Origin: an uncultured candidate division Zixibacteria bacterium
Lineage (GTDB): Bacteria; Zixibacteria; MSB-5A5; GN15; FEB-12
DNA length: 64,000 bases
Reading direction: 5' to 3'
NCBI GenBank assembly: GCA_963806185.1
Contig: CAWDXE010000001.1
Span: 960,001-1,024,000 of the forward strand
The notes under the pieces were generated by a model, which saw only the letters and a program-made list of their open reading frames with translations, ran no database searches and had not been told where the DNA came from. Shown one piece after another: positions 46,769 through 56,775 of this stretch. The position numbers and the translations under genes are program-made. How positions within the stretch are numbered: position 1 is the first letter of the stretch; the number at the start of each line of letters is the position of its first letter.

Positions 46769-47656
46769 ATGGACACGCAGTACAAAGCGATGCTCGAATT
46801 AGTCAGGACTGCACTGGCCGAGGATATCGGCCGGGGGGACTTGACGTCGCAGGCTTGCCTTGAGCCCAATCCTGCCAAAGCACGGGTGGTTGCCAAGTCG
46901 CCCGGCATCGTCTCCGGTCTGGCCCCCGCTCTGCTTGCGTTCGAGATCGTCGATTCCGCCAACGTTGTGGTTCCGGCCAAAAAAGACGGCGATTCTTTCT
47001 CGGTCGGGGATATCATCATCGATATCGACGGGTTCAATCAGACCGTCCTCGCCTCCGAGCGTGTCGCACTCAATTTCCTGGGTCATCTCAGTGGGATCGC
47101 CACCATGACTCATGAATTCGTGAAGCGAATCGAAGCCGTGAATCCCAATTGCCGCATTCTTGACACCCGCAAGACCACCCCCGGCCTGCGCTTCCTGGAA
47201 AAACAGGCGGTCGCCCACGGCGGCGGCACCAACCACCGATTCGGCCTGTATGACATGGTCCTCATCAAGGACAACCATATCGCTTCGTGCGGTTCCATCA
47301 TGGAAGCGGTCGTGCGCACGCGCGAATTTCTCGCCTCGCGCGATTTCCGAATTCAGTTTGACACCGACGCCGCACGAATTCTGATCGAGGTTGAGGTCAC
47401 CAATGAGGTGCAATTGACCGAAGCGGTCGAGGCGCGGGTGGATCGACTTTTACTCGACAACCAGACGCCCGAATCGCTCAGGAACTTGGTAGAATTGGCC
47501 AAGCGACTCGATCCGAGTGTTCACCTGGAGGCCTCGGGTAATGTCCGCCTTGAGAATGTTGCCGCTATGGCCGCCAGCGGCGTGGATTTCATTTCTATCG
47601 GCGCCCTTACGCACTCTGCCCCGGTGTCGGACTTTTCATTGAAGATCGTCCCATGA
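46769..47656 (+). CDS. nadC: Quinolinate phosphoribosyltransferase
   Basis: DTRKTTPG, LIKDNH and EASGN motifs. Confidence 0.96.
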   Translation: MDTQYKAMLELVRTALAEDIGRGDLTSQACLEPNPAKARVVAKSPGIVSGLAPALLAFEIVDSANVVVPAKKDGDSFSVGDIIIDIDGFNQTVLASERVALNFLGHLSGIATMTHEFVKRIEAVNPNCRILDTRKTTPGLRFLEKQAVAHGGGTNHRFGLYDMVLIKDNHIASCGSIMEAVVRTREFLASRDFRIQFDTDAARILIEVEVTNEVQLTEAVEARVDRLLLDNQTPESLRNLVELAKRLDPSVHLEASGNVRLENVAAMAASGVDFISIGALTHSAPVSDFSLKIVP

Positions 47657-48645
47657 TAACTACGCCGGACGAACAACTGGCCGATCGGATTCTGTCACGC
47701 ATCCGTCGCTCGCCGCTAAAGGCCTATTCCTACGTCGATCTGGCCAAGGGGGCCAAAGCGACAGTCGACCAGGTGGCTGACGCCGTCCGCCAGATTCAAG
47801 CGTGGGGGTACAAACCGCGCGTCCGCAAACAGACAATAGCCTTTGTGCGGGGGGCGGACCTTCTCACCGCCACGGAAATCCGTTACGGTCTGAAAACCAA
47901 ACTCATCGGCAAACAGGTGGTTGCCTATGGCACGGTGAGATCTACGAACGATCTCGCTTCGCAGATGGCCGACAATGGTGCGCCGGAGGGAACCATCGTC
48001 ACCGCCGAACAACAGACCAAAGGGCGCGGGCGCTTTGGCCGAAGCTGGCACTCACCGGCCGGGCTTGGCATCTACCTCTCCATCATCCTTCGCCCCAAGT
48101 TCCCACCCGAACGGGCGCCGGGGGTTTCGCTGATGACCGCCCTGGCCGTGGCTGACACGATCGCCCGCCACTGCAAAAGCCAGGTGCAGGTGAAATGGCC
48201 CAACGATATCCTCATCGGTGGCAAGAAAACGTCGGGTATTCTCACCGAACTCTCCGCCGAACGAGGCCACATTGATCATCTCATTGTGGGGATTGGCATC
48301 AATGTCAACCATGGGGTCGCACATTTTCCGGAGGAACTGCGGACGACAGCCACGTCAGTCCGACGCGCCTTGCGCCGGAAAGTGAATCGAGTCGGACTGC
48401 TACGCGAACTCCTGGTTCGATTCGAGGCGGAGTATGCGGAATACCAGAAACACGGCCTGAAGAATTCCCAGAAACGTCTGCGCAAATACTCATCCTTACT
48501 GGGCAAGACAATCCAGTTGGCATCCGGCACCAGCATCGTTTCCGGGCAGGCGATCGACATAGATGCCAATGGCTGTCTGATAGTCGAATCCGCCGAAGGC
48601 CGCCACCAGATCGTCGCCGGCGAGGTGACGGTGGTGAAAGAGTAA
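47653..48645 (+). CDS. birA: Biotin--protein ligase with N-terminal HTH-like region
   Basis: STND, QTKGRGRFGRSW and KWPND motifs. Confidence 0.94.
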   Translation: MITTPDEQLADRILSRIRRSPLKAYSYVDLAKGAKATVDQVADAVRQIQAWGYKPRVRKQTIAFVRGADLLTATEIRYGLKTKLIGKQVVAYGTVRSTNDLASQMADNGAPEGTIVTAEQQTKGRGRFGRSWHSPAGLGIYLSIILRPKFPPERAPGVSLMTALAVADTIARHCKSQVQVKWPNDILIGGKKTSGILTELSAERGHIDHLIVGIGINVNHGVAHFPEELRTTATSVRRALRRKVNRVGLLRELLVRFEAEYAEYQKHGLKNSQKRLRKYSSLLGKTIQLASGTSIVSGQAIDIDANGCLIVESAEGRHQIVAGEVTVVKE

Positions 48646-48668
48646 CTGTCGAAAGGTAGATTATCAAT

Positions 48669-49094
48669 ATGACCACCCTGACCACTAAAATTGCCTGGGC
48701 CGGCGGACTCGCCTTTGAAGGCACCTCCACCTTCGGCCACAAGATTCGCACCGACGTCAAACGCGAGGCCGGCGGCGAGGAATCCGGCCACCGCCCCACC
48801 GAGTTGCTGCTCTATGCCATCGCCTCCTGCACCGGCGTCGACATCGTCAATATCCTGCGCAAACAACGTCAGGACTTGACCGGCCTTGAAATCGAAGTCA
48901 TCGGCACCCAGCGCGATGAATACCCCAAGGCGTTTGTCCATATCGAAATCAAGTACACCGCGCATGGAAACAACCTCGATCCGGCCAAAGTCGCCCAGGC
49001 GATCGAACTTTCGGAGAGCAAGTACTGCTCAGTAAGCGAAACCGTCCGGCGGGAGACCCACATCGAAACGAAGTTTGACATCCTCCCGGCCTGA
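48669..49094 (+). CDS. OsmC/YhfA family protein
   Basis: RPTELLL..ASCTG and KYCSVS motifs. Confidence 0.9.
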   Translation: MTTLTTKIAWAGGLAFEGTSTFGHKIRTDVKREAGGEESGHRPTELLLYAIASCTGVDIVNILRKQRQDLTGLEIEVIGTQRDEYPKAFVHIEIKYTAHGNNLDPAKVAQAIELSESKYCSVSETVRRETHIETKFDILPA

Positions 49095-49138
49095 ATCATT
49101 TCGGATCACTCGCTGTCTAACCGTAAAGAGAGGAAACT

Positions 49139-49528
49139 ATGAAAGATCAGTTGAAATACGAAATCACCAGCGACAAACCGTTTGACACCGTTGTGGCCAA
49201 TATCGAACGCCTCGTTCCCGAAAAACAATTCCGCGTCCTGCATATTCACGACGTCAAAGCGACGCTCGAAGAAAAGGGATTCTACCGCGATTCGCTGAAA
49301 ATCATCGAGGTCTGCAACGCCGGCTTCGCCAGTCAGGCTCTCCAAAAGGATGTCGACGTCGCCCTCTTCATGCCCTGCAAGTTCTCCGTCTACGTGGTGA
49401 ACGGGAAGACGCATGTTTCCCTGGCGCGGCCGTCGATGATATCGCAAATGTTGCCCCAATCCGGCTTGAATGAACTGGCCGAATCGGTGGAAAAGACACT
49501 CAAAGAGGTCATGCACGCGGCTGTCTGA
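49139..49528 (+). CDS. DUF302 domain protein
   Basis: [14 protein letters not shown] and LFMPCK motifs. Confidence 0.85.
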   Translation: MKDQLKYEITSDKPFDTVVANIERLVPEKQFRVLHIHDVKATLEEKGFYRDSLKIIEVCNAGFASQALQKDVDVALFMPCKFSVYVVNGKTHVSLARPSMISQMLPQSGLNELAESVEKTLKEVMHAAV

Positions 49529-49739
49529 CCCTTCGCCGATTCTTCTGCTGCCCCCATTTGCCCGTTTCACATTGACTTCTGTAAGTTTTTCATTACCTTA
49601 CAGTTGTCTCGCCTCGCGACGCTGCCCTGGCCGCGCCCACGATCCTCATCGCGACGACACAACGATTGCTCGACAACAGTCAAGATCACCGGTCTTGCCT
49701 ATTAGGTACCCATCTTTTTGTCCGCCTGAGGAGGGTGAC

Positions 49740-52700
49740 ATGCACGCGTCACGGTTATCGAAATATCTCCGCACCACCTGTTTCGCCACCGCCATGGCAT
49801 TGCTATTCAGTCTATCTTCAATCGCCGAATCCATGCATGCAAACCCGTTTACCGAAGTGAAAGCACTCGCAAGCGGCGATGGCGTTCAGACTACGGTTTC
49901 GCCCGATCTCTATACTGATCTCCGACAGGGCCCGGACAGTCGTACCATCACTCTTCCGGTAAGTGGTGACCAGACGTTGGCTCTGGAATTGGTGAAGTTT
50001 TCAGTATTGGCGCCCGACGCCCGCATTCTGGTCGCTACTCCGTCCGGTCAGGAACCCCTGGCGGCCGGCGAAGCCATCACTATGCAGGGCTCAATTGCCT
50101 CTGACCCGTCGTCACATGCCTACCTCTCGATTGCCCCCTCCGGCCTGATCAACGGCTTTGTGCAGTCGGCTGACGGTTTGTTTCTCTTCTCCACCCCCAT
50201 CGAGAACCAGAAAGTAGCCGACTATCTCGTTGTCCAGCATCCTTCCGCCTTTGGCGGTGATCGGTACGACAACTTCTGCGGCACAGAGATTAACCCCGAC
50301 CGCATCCGCCAGGAACACGGCATCGCCGCAGCCAACGACAAGAAGGGCAATCTGATGCTCAACGTGGCGATCGATTGCGACCAGAGTCTTACACAAATGT
50401 ACCCTTCAGTTAGTCTGGCGCGCGACTATGTCGTGCAAGTGATCGGGGCCGTAAGCAGTATCTATCAGCGCGATCTGAAAATTCGCCTCGCGCTCCGCTT
50501 TGCCCGCTTCTGGCCGTCAGGCGGCGAGCCGTTTGACGTCAATGATCTGAGCGGTTTCCGCAGCTGGTGGGTAGGCCATGAGGATACCACCGGACTTGAC
50601 CTGACCGAAATGTGGAGCGCCCGCTTTCCGGGCTCGTATGCCGGTATTGCCTACCTCTCCAATACCTGCGAGCATTATGGGTACGGCATTCAGGCGACGA
50701 TGAATGGCACCTTCAACGTGCCGACCGTGTCCCCCCACTGGCGCGTCTGGGACGTCAATATCGTCGCCCACGAAATGGGCCACAACCTCGGCGCCTACCA
50801 CACTCACGACTACGACCCGCCGATCGACCAGTGCGGCAGTATGGGCATTCCCAGCATCGGCACGATCATGAGCTACTGCCACATTGTCGACGGCTCTATG
50901 CTCAATCTCGACCTGCGCATGCACCGTCTCATCAGTACCTGGATTCGCAGCGATATCGATTGGGCCGGCTGTCAGGAGTATGACTGCAACGGCAATTCGA
51001 TTGATGACGCCCGGGATATCGCGCTCGGCACCAGCCTTGACGTCAATCACGACGGCATCCCCGACGAATGCCAGGACTGTAATAACAACGGCATCCTCGA
51101 CCCGATCGACATTTCGAATGGCGCTCCGGATGTCGACGGCAACGGGGTACTCGATGCGTGTGAGCCCGACTGCAACGGCAATAATTACCCGGATCGCGCG
51201 GAAACCGTCAATGGCATTTCACCGGATTTTGACGGTAATTTCCTTCCGGATGCCTGCGATGCCGACTGCAATAACAACGCGGTCATCGATTTTGCCGAAA
51301 TCAATGATGATCCCCTGCTGGACCAAAATCGCAACCGTATTCTCGACGCGTGTGAAGACTGTAACAGCAATACCGTCAACGATTACTACGATATGAATCT
51401 GCAGCGACTGATGATTGTCGGCGACTCGACCAATCAGGCGTCAATGATCATTCGCACCCTCAACGGGTATAGCGGCGCTACGCACTCGAACATCCTCTCA
51501 AACAGCGGCGGTATCTGGGACCTGGTCGTCAATCCCGTCGATAGGCTGGCGTATATCGCCAATTATGATGCCGGGCGCGTCTATCGGTTCAATCCGGTGA
51601 CAAACACGGTCACATCCATACTCTCGAACGGCTACATTTCGGCCAGTGGCATAGCGTTCCACGATATCGGCGGCACGCAATACCTGTTCCTTGTACAGCG
51701 CCTGCTGAATCGAGTGCTTCGCTTCACCACCGCAGGAGCGTTGGTGGGTACTTTCGTCGCGTCGGGGAGCAGTCCGATGACTTCACCACGTGGCCTCACC
51801 TTCGGCCCTGACGGCAATCTGTACGTAGGGTGTGATGGTACCAACGCCATTTATAAGTTCGACGGTACCACGGGCGCCTATCTGGGCGTCTTCATCTCCG
51901 CGGGATCGGGTGGCCTCAATGATCCTTCCGGCATGATGTTCGACCCGGTCGGTGGCAACTTCTGGGTTGCCTCTACCGGTTCCAATCAGGTACTCGAATA
52001 CAATGGTACATCGGGCGCATATATCGGTCCGTTCACGACCGACGGCCCATTTCTGGGTGTCCCGTGGGGCATTCGCAAAGGCCCGGACGGCCTGATTTAT
52101 ATCGGACGACAAAGCCCCGACTCCCGCATCTTCGCCTTTAATCCGACTACGCGCGAATACCTCTATGCCTTCGTGCGAAATCTTGCCGATGCCTCATTCA
52201 AACCGACCGGCTTCGACTTCCTGCCCGACTCGCCCAATGATCTGAATCACAACTGGATATTGGATGCTTGTGAGTCCGGTGACTTTGACGGTGACGGTAT
52301 CGCCAACCTCACTGATAATTGCCCCGGGGCAGGAAACGCCGGACAGGTCGACTCCGACGGTGACGGCGTCGGAGATGCCTGCGACAACTGTCTGGCTGTT
52401 GCCAACCCGGATCAGCGTGACGCTGACAGTGACGGCCTGGGCGATGCGTGCGATCCCTGTCCCTCGAGCCCACTGCAAACCGATGCCGACAGCGACGGCG
52501 TTCTCGACGGCTGTGACAACTGCCCGTTGGTCAGCAATCCCGGTCAGGAAGACGTCGATGGCGACTTGATTGGCGATGCCTGCGACATCTGCGTCAACTC
52601 GCGAGACAATTCCGACACTGACGGCGACGGCGTATGTCAGTCTGAAGACAATTGCCCGGCAATAGCTAACGCCGACCAGACCGATTCGGACCATGACGGC

Positions 52701-53045
52701 ATCGGCGATGCCTGTGATTTTGACGGCGACGCCGACGGAATTAATGACAACGTCGACAACTGCCCGTTCGTCTATAACCCGGGTCAGGAGGACACTGATA
52801 ACGACGGCATCGGCGACGTTTGTTGCTGCGTGGCCGCGACCGGCAACATCGATTGTAGTGCCGGCGATGGTGTCGATATTGGTGACCTGACCGTGCTCAT
52901 CGATAACCTCTTCATTACGTTTGCACCGCTGTGCTGTCCCGGTGAAGGGAATGTTGACGCCACGGGGGGGACCGATATTAGCGATCTGACCGTCCTGATC
53001 GACAACCTGTTTATCACCTTTGGCACGCTGCCGAATTGCCAGTAG
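49740..53045 (+). CDS. Secreted M12B/reprolysin-like zinc metalloprotease with Ca-binding Cys repeats, beta-propeller, TSP type 3 repeats and dockerin-like C-terminus
   Basis: [11 protein letters not shown] and Met-turn TIMSY; DCNxN repeats; GPDG propeller; DxDxDGxGDACD repeats; GGAGG RBS before ATG 49740. Confidence 0.88.
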   Translation: MHASRLSKYLRTTCFATAMALLFSLSSIAESMHANPFTEVKALASGDGVQTTVSPDLYTDLRQGPDSRTITLPVSGDQTLALELVKFSVLAPDARILVATPSGQEPLAAGEAITMQGSIASDPSSHAYLSIAPSGLINGFVQSADGLFLFSTPIENQKVADYLVVQHPSAFGGDRYDNFCGTEINPDRIRQEHGIAAANDKKGNLMLNVAIDCDQSLTQMYPSVSLARDYVVQVIGAVSSIYQRDLKIRLALRFARFWPSGGEPFDVNDLSGFRSWWVGHEDTTGLDLTEMWSARFPGSYAGIAYLSNTCEHYGYGIQATMNGTFNVPTVSPHWRVWDVNIVAHEMGHNLGAYHTHDYDPPIDQCGSMGIPSIGTIMSYCHIVDGSMLNLDLRMHRLISTWIRSDIDWAGCQEYDCNGNSIDDARDIALGTSLDVNHDGIPDECQDCNNNGILDPIDISNGAPDVDGNGVLDACEPDCNGNNYPDRAETVNGISPDFDGNFLPDACDADCNNNAVIDFAEINDDPLLDQNRNRILDACEDCNSNTVNDYYDMNLQRLMIVGDSTNQASMIIRTLNGYSGATHSNILSNSGGIWDLVVNPVDRLAYIANYDAGRVYRFNPVTNTVTSILSNGYISASGIAFHDIGGTQYLFLVQRLLNRVLRFTTAGALVGTFVASGSSPMTSPRGLTFGPDGNLYVGCDGTNAIYKFDGTTGAYLGVFISAGSGGLNDPSGMMFDPVGGNFWVASTGSNQVLEYNGTSGAYIGPFTTDGPFLGVPWGIRKGPDGLIYIGRQSPDSRIFAFNPTTREYLYAFVRNLADASFKPTGFDFLPDSPNDLNHNWILDACESGDFDGDGIANLTDNCPGAGNAGQVDSDGDGVGDACDNCLAVANPDQRDADSDGLGDACDPCPSSPLQTDADSDGVLDGCDNCPLVSNPGQEDVDGDLIGDACDICVNSRDNSDTDGDGVCQSEDNCPAIANADQTDSDHDGIGDACDFDGDADGINDNVDNCPFVYNPGQEDTDNDGIGDVCCCVAATGNIDCSAGDGVDIGDLTVLIDNLFITFAPLCCPGEGNVDATGGTDISDLTVLIDNLFITFGTLPNCQ

Positions 53046-53068
53046 GCTGCAGGTGCCAAGACTAATGT

Positions 53069-53108
53069 AGCGGCCGTTGGAAATGCACTGTTTCCAGCGG
53101 TCGCTTTT
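53069..53108 (+). terminator. Long hairpin between convergent genes
   Basis: AGCGGCCGTTGGAAA / TTTCCAGCGGTCGCT (with G:U pairs) followed by TTT. Confidence 0.65.
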
Positions 53109-53139
53109 GCTAGTCGACCTCTGGTCACTTGGCGGACAG

Positions 53140-54537
53140 TCACTCTATGTTCATGTCCACAACTCGCGATTTGTCGAAGTCGACACATACTCCAAAGGGA
53201 ACCTTGCACTCCCAGGGCAGATTCTCACACGAGCCGTCATCTGAAGAAGCGTCGAGGAATACACAGCGACCCTCAACTTCGGTCATGACAAGCATATGAT
53301 TGAATAGTCCGGAAAGTTGAAACGGCAATTTGTCTCTGGTACTTATCAGAACCGGCCATGCTTTCACGCCGGCGCTTTCCAACATCTTTACCATTAGAAG
53401 ATTGATTTCGAACGGTACGCCGTGCCGGGTTTTGTATAGTTTCCGAAGATCGTCATGTGCCGGATGCATATTGTACCCACCACTATCTGCTGTATACTGA
53501 CTTGTGAGATAGTCACAAATCTTGACAATACGTACCATAGGCGCATCGTCAGATGACCATAGCTTGCCAAACTGCTTTCTCATGCCGATGGTAACTTTCA
53601 GATACTCATTCAGATATCCTTGAATACTCCGGCCCACGTATTGCCAGTGGGTGGAATCGTACACCCCGCGAATAATCCTGTTTTCCCCTCGATCGACGGA
53701 TGAGAATCTGTTGAAATGCAGGCCGCTGCGATTCAGTTCCGAGAAACCCTGGGCACTGCTGTCCGACGGAAATGCTCTGATATTCTCCATGTGCCAGGTG
53801 TGCTTCTTGTAGGCGGTAGCTGTCAACACCTTGACTCGTTCGACCGCCGGATCGGCTCTTTCGGCCGGCATATTTAGGGGGACAAACAGGTAATCGCAAT
53901 CTGCGCCAATCTTGGCCGTAAACTCGGAAGTGAGGCAGTATATAGGATTATCAAAATGCCAGGATGGCAGGTTCCGCATGACAATTCCTTCACCAAAATG
54001 ATCAATATCTCCCTCAATCCTCGTCTTGAACTTGTACGCGTCGTAGTAGTGCTCCTGTCCAAACAGGTAGAACGCCTCGGGCCCAAGTTTGTCAAAACCT
54101 GAGTAGTATTCGATCGTATATCGATACTCTATGATATCACCGGGCTGCAAATCAGAAAACTGCAACACACAGTATCGCCAAGGTCCCTTTTCTACTGTCT
54201 GAGAATGGTCTTTGGCAGAGAGCTTAGAGGTGATGCCCTGCCTGTGAAGCCTCATCTCAATGTCAGTCAGATGGTCATAGTGAAGATATTCAATAGTCGC
54301 CTCACCGGCTTGCACCGCGCCCGCCGGCGTGAATACTTTTAAACGGGTATGCCGGTCGAAAGTCACACCGCTCTGTTCGGTTGTGACGAGACCGCGATCA
54401 AAAAGAATTACAGCATCCGGATAGTCCGCGGTCGGTTGAAGACGCTCCTCATTCTCACTGAACTGCTCCCAGTCTTGCGCATACACGGATACGGCAAAGA
54501 GAAGCGAAAAGATAGCGAAACACCTGAGTAGATTCAT
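53140..54537 (-). CDS. Secreted DUF3857/transglutaminase-like domain protein
   Basis: Signal peptide; DAVILFD, LQPGDIIEYRY and FNHML...FLDAS motifs; GGGAGG RBS. Confidence 0.75.
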   Translation of the reverse strand: MNLLRCFAIFSLLFAVSVYAQDWEQFSENEERLQPTADYPDAVILFDRGLVTTEQSGVTFDRHTRLKVFTPAGAVQAGEATIEYLHYDHLTDIEMRLHRQGITSKLSAKDHSQTVEKGPWRYCVLQFSDLQPGDIIEYRYTIEYYSGFDKLGPEAFYLFGQEHYYDAYKFKTRIEGDIDHFGEGIVMRNLPSWHFDNPIYCLTSEFTAKIGADCDYLFVPLNMPAERADPAVERVKVLTATAYKKHTWHMENIRAFPSDSSAQGFSELNRSGLHFNRFSSVDRGENRIIRGVYDSTHWQYVGRSIQGYLNEYLKVTIGMRKQFGKLWSSDDAPMVRIVKICDYLTSQYTADSGGYNMHPAHDDLRKLYKTRHGVPFEINLLMVKMLESAGVKAWPVLISTRDKLPFQLSGLFNHMLVMTEVEGRCVFLDASSDDGSCENLPWECKVPFGVCVDFDKSRVVDMNIE

Positions 54538-54678
54538 GCGATCCTCCCACCATCACTCAAATAGTCTCCAGGCCGGACAAATCGACAACTATTACTCGGC
54601 CAAGCCGGCTTGGGCAAAATGGCAATCAATGAAAGCTGGCTGGATCACGGCGCCGACCGGCGGCAGGAAACGGTAGAT

Positions 54679-54764
54679 TTGAGTTGGCGGAGGACTGCCG
54701 GACACCATCTACTCTCCGTGAGCACTCGGGTGAGTGGCTACCAGTTTATGCCTTTTCACTCAAC
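54679..54764 (-). ncRNA. Candidate structured small RNA of unknown family
   Basis: TTGACA-17-TAATTT promoter (54798-54770) with no ORF at the start site; self-complementary ends and internal stems. Confidence 0.35.
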
Positions 54765-54913
54765 AGGCGAAATTAAGATCCTAATAATGGTGTGTCAAGT
54801 CGAGAATTGCTCGCAGCCGAATTTGTGAGGCCGAAATCGGTGGGAACAAAGGTCATCTTTCGCGGAGACGAAATTCAGAGGAACTGCCCGCCTGCGGGTG
54901 TTGTTTCCCCTGC

Positions 54914-55117
54914 ATGCGTTTAGTTCGGTCAATCTTTGACAATCGATTCACCCGCTTGGGGCTGTTTGTTCTGGCCGGCGGCCTGCTGGGTGTTGCCATC
55001 TCGGTCGCTTATTCGTATTTTGGTTCCACCTGACAGATCATGTGTAATCCATACCTGGCCGGGTCGCTGGGTGCCGGAGTCGGACTTATGCTGTCGCTGG
55101 ATAAGGCGAAAAACTAG
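54914..55117 (+). CDS. Candidate selenoprotein: 67-aa two-TM membrane protein with UxxxC motif (UGA at 55031-55033)
   Basis: MRLVRSIFDNRFTRLGLFVLAGGLLGVAISVAYSYFGST-U-QIMCNPYLAGSLGAGVGLMLSLDKAKN; readthrough ends 1 nt before the next ATG; SECIS-like hairpin at 55053-55072. Confidence 0.7.
55053..55072 (+). promoter_or_regulatory. Candidate SECIS element 1
   Basis: ACCUGGC-CGGGUC-GCUGGGU; 7-bp stem, loop starting 26 nt after UGA. Confidence 0.6.
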
Positions 55118-55118
55118 A

Positions 55119-55334
55119 ATGCCGATTTTTGAGTATCAATGCCGCGATTGCGGCCGCAAATTCGAAGAGCTGGTGGGCGCAGCCGACGAAGCGATGAGCT
55201 GTCCCTCGTGCCAGTCGCAAAATGTCTTGAAACTGCTGTCGGTCTTCGCCGCCTCCGTGCCGTCCGGTGGCAGTGCTCCGGCGACTGCTTGCGGACGCCC
55301 CGGCTGTGGCGCCGGATTCAGTTGAGCCAATTGA
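55119..55334 (+). CDS. FmdB-family zinc-ribbon protein, candidate C-terminal selenocysteine (...CGRPGCGAGFS-U-AN)
   Basis: MPIFEYQCRDC...CPSC motif; UGA at 55323-55325 followed by a GGUC hairpin; ends at 55325 if UGA is a stop. Confidence 0.85.
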
Positions 55335-55339
55335 AGTGC

Positions 55340-55357
55340 GGCTCGCGGTCGCGGGCC
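55340..55357 (+). promoter_or_regulatory. Candidate SECIS element 2
   Basis: GGCUCGC-GGUC-GCGGGCC; 7-bp stem, loop starting 21 nt after UGA. Confidence 0.62.
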
Positions 55358-55368
55358 ATCGGAGAACT

Positions 55369-55902
55369 ATGAAGAACCTCGGTCTTAGCGTTGTCGTCAC
55401 CGTCCTGTTGATTGCAGGTTGCGGCCCGGCAAAACATCTCGATGACAAACTCGACTGGCAGAAGATCGGTACTGTTGCGGCCAATTTCCCCGCTGCCCCG
55501 CAACCCGGCTCCAAACCGATCTTTCTCTACTTCAGCCAGAATAACTGCCACTACTGTGCCGCGATGGACAGCCTTTTTGAACGGTCGGAGGTCGCCTGGT
55601 ATATCAACGAGCACTTCCTGCCGGTAAATGTAAACGTGGATACCGATCTCCCCCTGTATGTGGGCCGTGACACCCTCGACTACGCGCGTCTCTTCAAGAT
55701 CTTCAAAATGGACGGATTCCCGGCCTATTACTTTTTCGACACTACCGGTCACCTCATGGGGATGCTGGAACGCTCCATGGACCTGGTGCACCTCAAACGG
55801 AGTCTTGTTTACGTCAACGATGGTCACTTCGGCAAGCTGTCCTGGGAGGATTTTTTGAAGTTACCCGACGTACCAAAGGACACCGTTCGGGGAATCTTCT
55901 AG
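55369..55902 (+). CDS. Thioredoxin-fold lipoprotein (CHYC; SoxW/DUF255-like)
   Basis: Lipobox IAGC; KPIFLYFSQNNCHYCAAM and cis-Pro GFP motifs; GGAG RBS. Confidence 0.85.
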   Translation: MKNLGLSVVVTVLLIAGCGPAKHLDDKLDWQKIGTVAANFPAAPQPGSKPIFLYFSQNNCHYCAAMDSLFERSEVAWYINEHFLPVNVNVDTDLPLYVGRDTLDYARLFKIFKMDGFPAYYFFDTTGHLMGMLERSMDLVHLKRSLVYVNDGHFGKLSWEDFLKLPDVPKDTVRGIF

Positions 55903-56666
55903 CCGCGCTTTTGTGCCACCACGCAGATTCGTCCGGCATCCGCCGGCGCCTTTCCAAAGGTCCTGCAGTCGTAGACGCCGCGAATGACGAATCCGGCCCG
56001 GCGCACGAGCCGTTGTATCTCTGCTGGAGTATACCCGCGCTCGCAATGGGTTTCATCAAAGCGCTTCCAGTACTTCCCTTGCCGCACAAAAAACGCCGCG
56101 CGCAGTATGCCCAGCTTCCGCTTCGCGTCAAACTCCGCTCGCCACGCCCAGGCCAGATCATCAGTCGCCCCCGTCGAATTCTGCCACCTTCCAAGCCCGG
56201 CCAGCGTGTTCATGTCGAATATCAGCCACCCGCCGGGTACGGTGCGTGTATGCGCAGCGCGAAACGTTGCCAACAACTCCCGCTCTGTCAGGAGGTAGTT
56301 CAGGGCGTCGTAATAGCTGGTGACCAGGTCAAACCCCGTACCGATCGCTCTATCCGGTAGCTCCAGCTTAGGCAGGGTCGATCGGTAGAACCGTGCGTCG
56401 AAGCGGTGGCATTTCTCTCGGGCCACCTTCAGCATGGCCGCCGATTGATCAACTCCGACAACGCTATACCCATGCTCGGCAAACAGCTTTGCCGCCGTTC
56501 CGGTGCCGCAACACAGGTCGAGCACTCGACGAGGTCGAATCTTGTGGCGCCGCATAAGTTCCAGTGAATAGGCCACCATCTTCGTAGAAAATCGGTCCAT
56601 ACCGATCTGGTCATACACATCGGCGAACCGGCCGTAGACGCCGCGCGACCCGGTTTTAGTTGACAC
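55899..56666 (-). CDS. Class I SAM-dependent methyltransferase
   Basis: VLDLCCGTG and DALNY motifs; GGAGG RBS before GTG 56666. Confidence 0.9.
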   Translation of the reverse strand: MSTKTGSRGVYGRFADVYDQIGMDRFSTKMVAYSLELMRRHKIRPRRVLDLCCGTGTAAKLFAEHGYSVVGVDQSAAMLKVAREKCHRFDARFYRSTLPKLELPDRAIGTGFDLVTSYYDALNYLLTERELLATFRAAHTRTVPGGWLIFDMNTLAGLGRWQNSTGATDDLAWAWRAEFDAKRKLGILRAAFFVRQGKYWKRFDETHCERGYTPAEIQRLVRRAGFVIRGVYDCRTFGKAPADAGRICVVAQKRG

Positions 56667-56775
56667 TTTTTTTCCTCCAAATTTCTTACCAGCACGTATA
56701 CTCGGTTGCGACGGAAGCGGCAAGCAGAACTTTCACGTCTGGGCCGCAGCTCCGACGCAGAGAAAGGAACCCCTG

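Noticed and set aside
54660..54770. tRNA-Sec or SAM-I riboswitch reading of the candidate RNA
   Set aside because: No T-loop or CUUCAAA anticodon arm; GGCGGAGGACUG only superficially resembles SAM-I and the other conserved elements are missing
54936..55118. N-terminal extension of ORF 54936..55325
   Set aside because: The FmdB domain starts at ATG 55119; the upstream DNA is better explained by the UGA-containing ORF in another frame
55031..55325. Genome-wide UGA reassignment (genetic code 4 or 25) as the explanation for the in-frame UGAs
   Set aside because: Many conserved genes end at TGA at the expected length (uvrA, mrp, and nadC with an ATGA overlap into birA), so UGA is normally a stop
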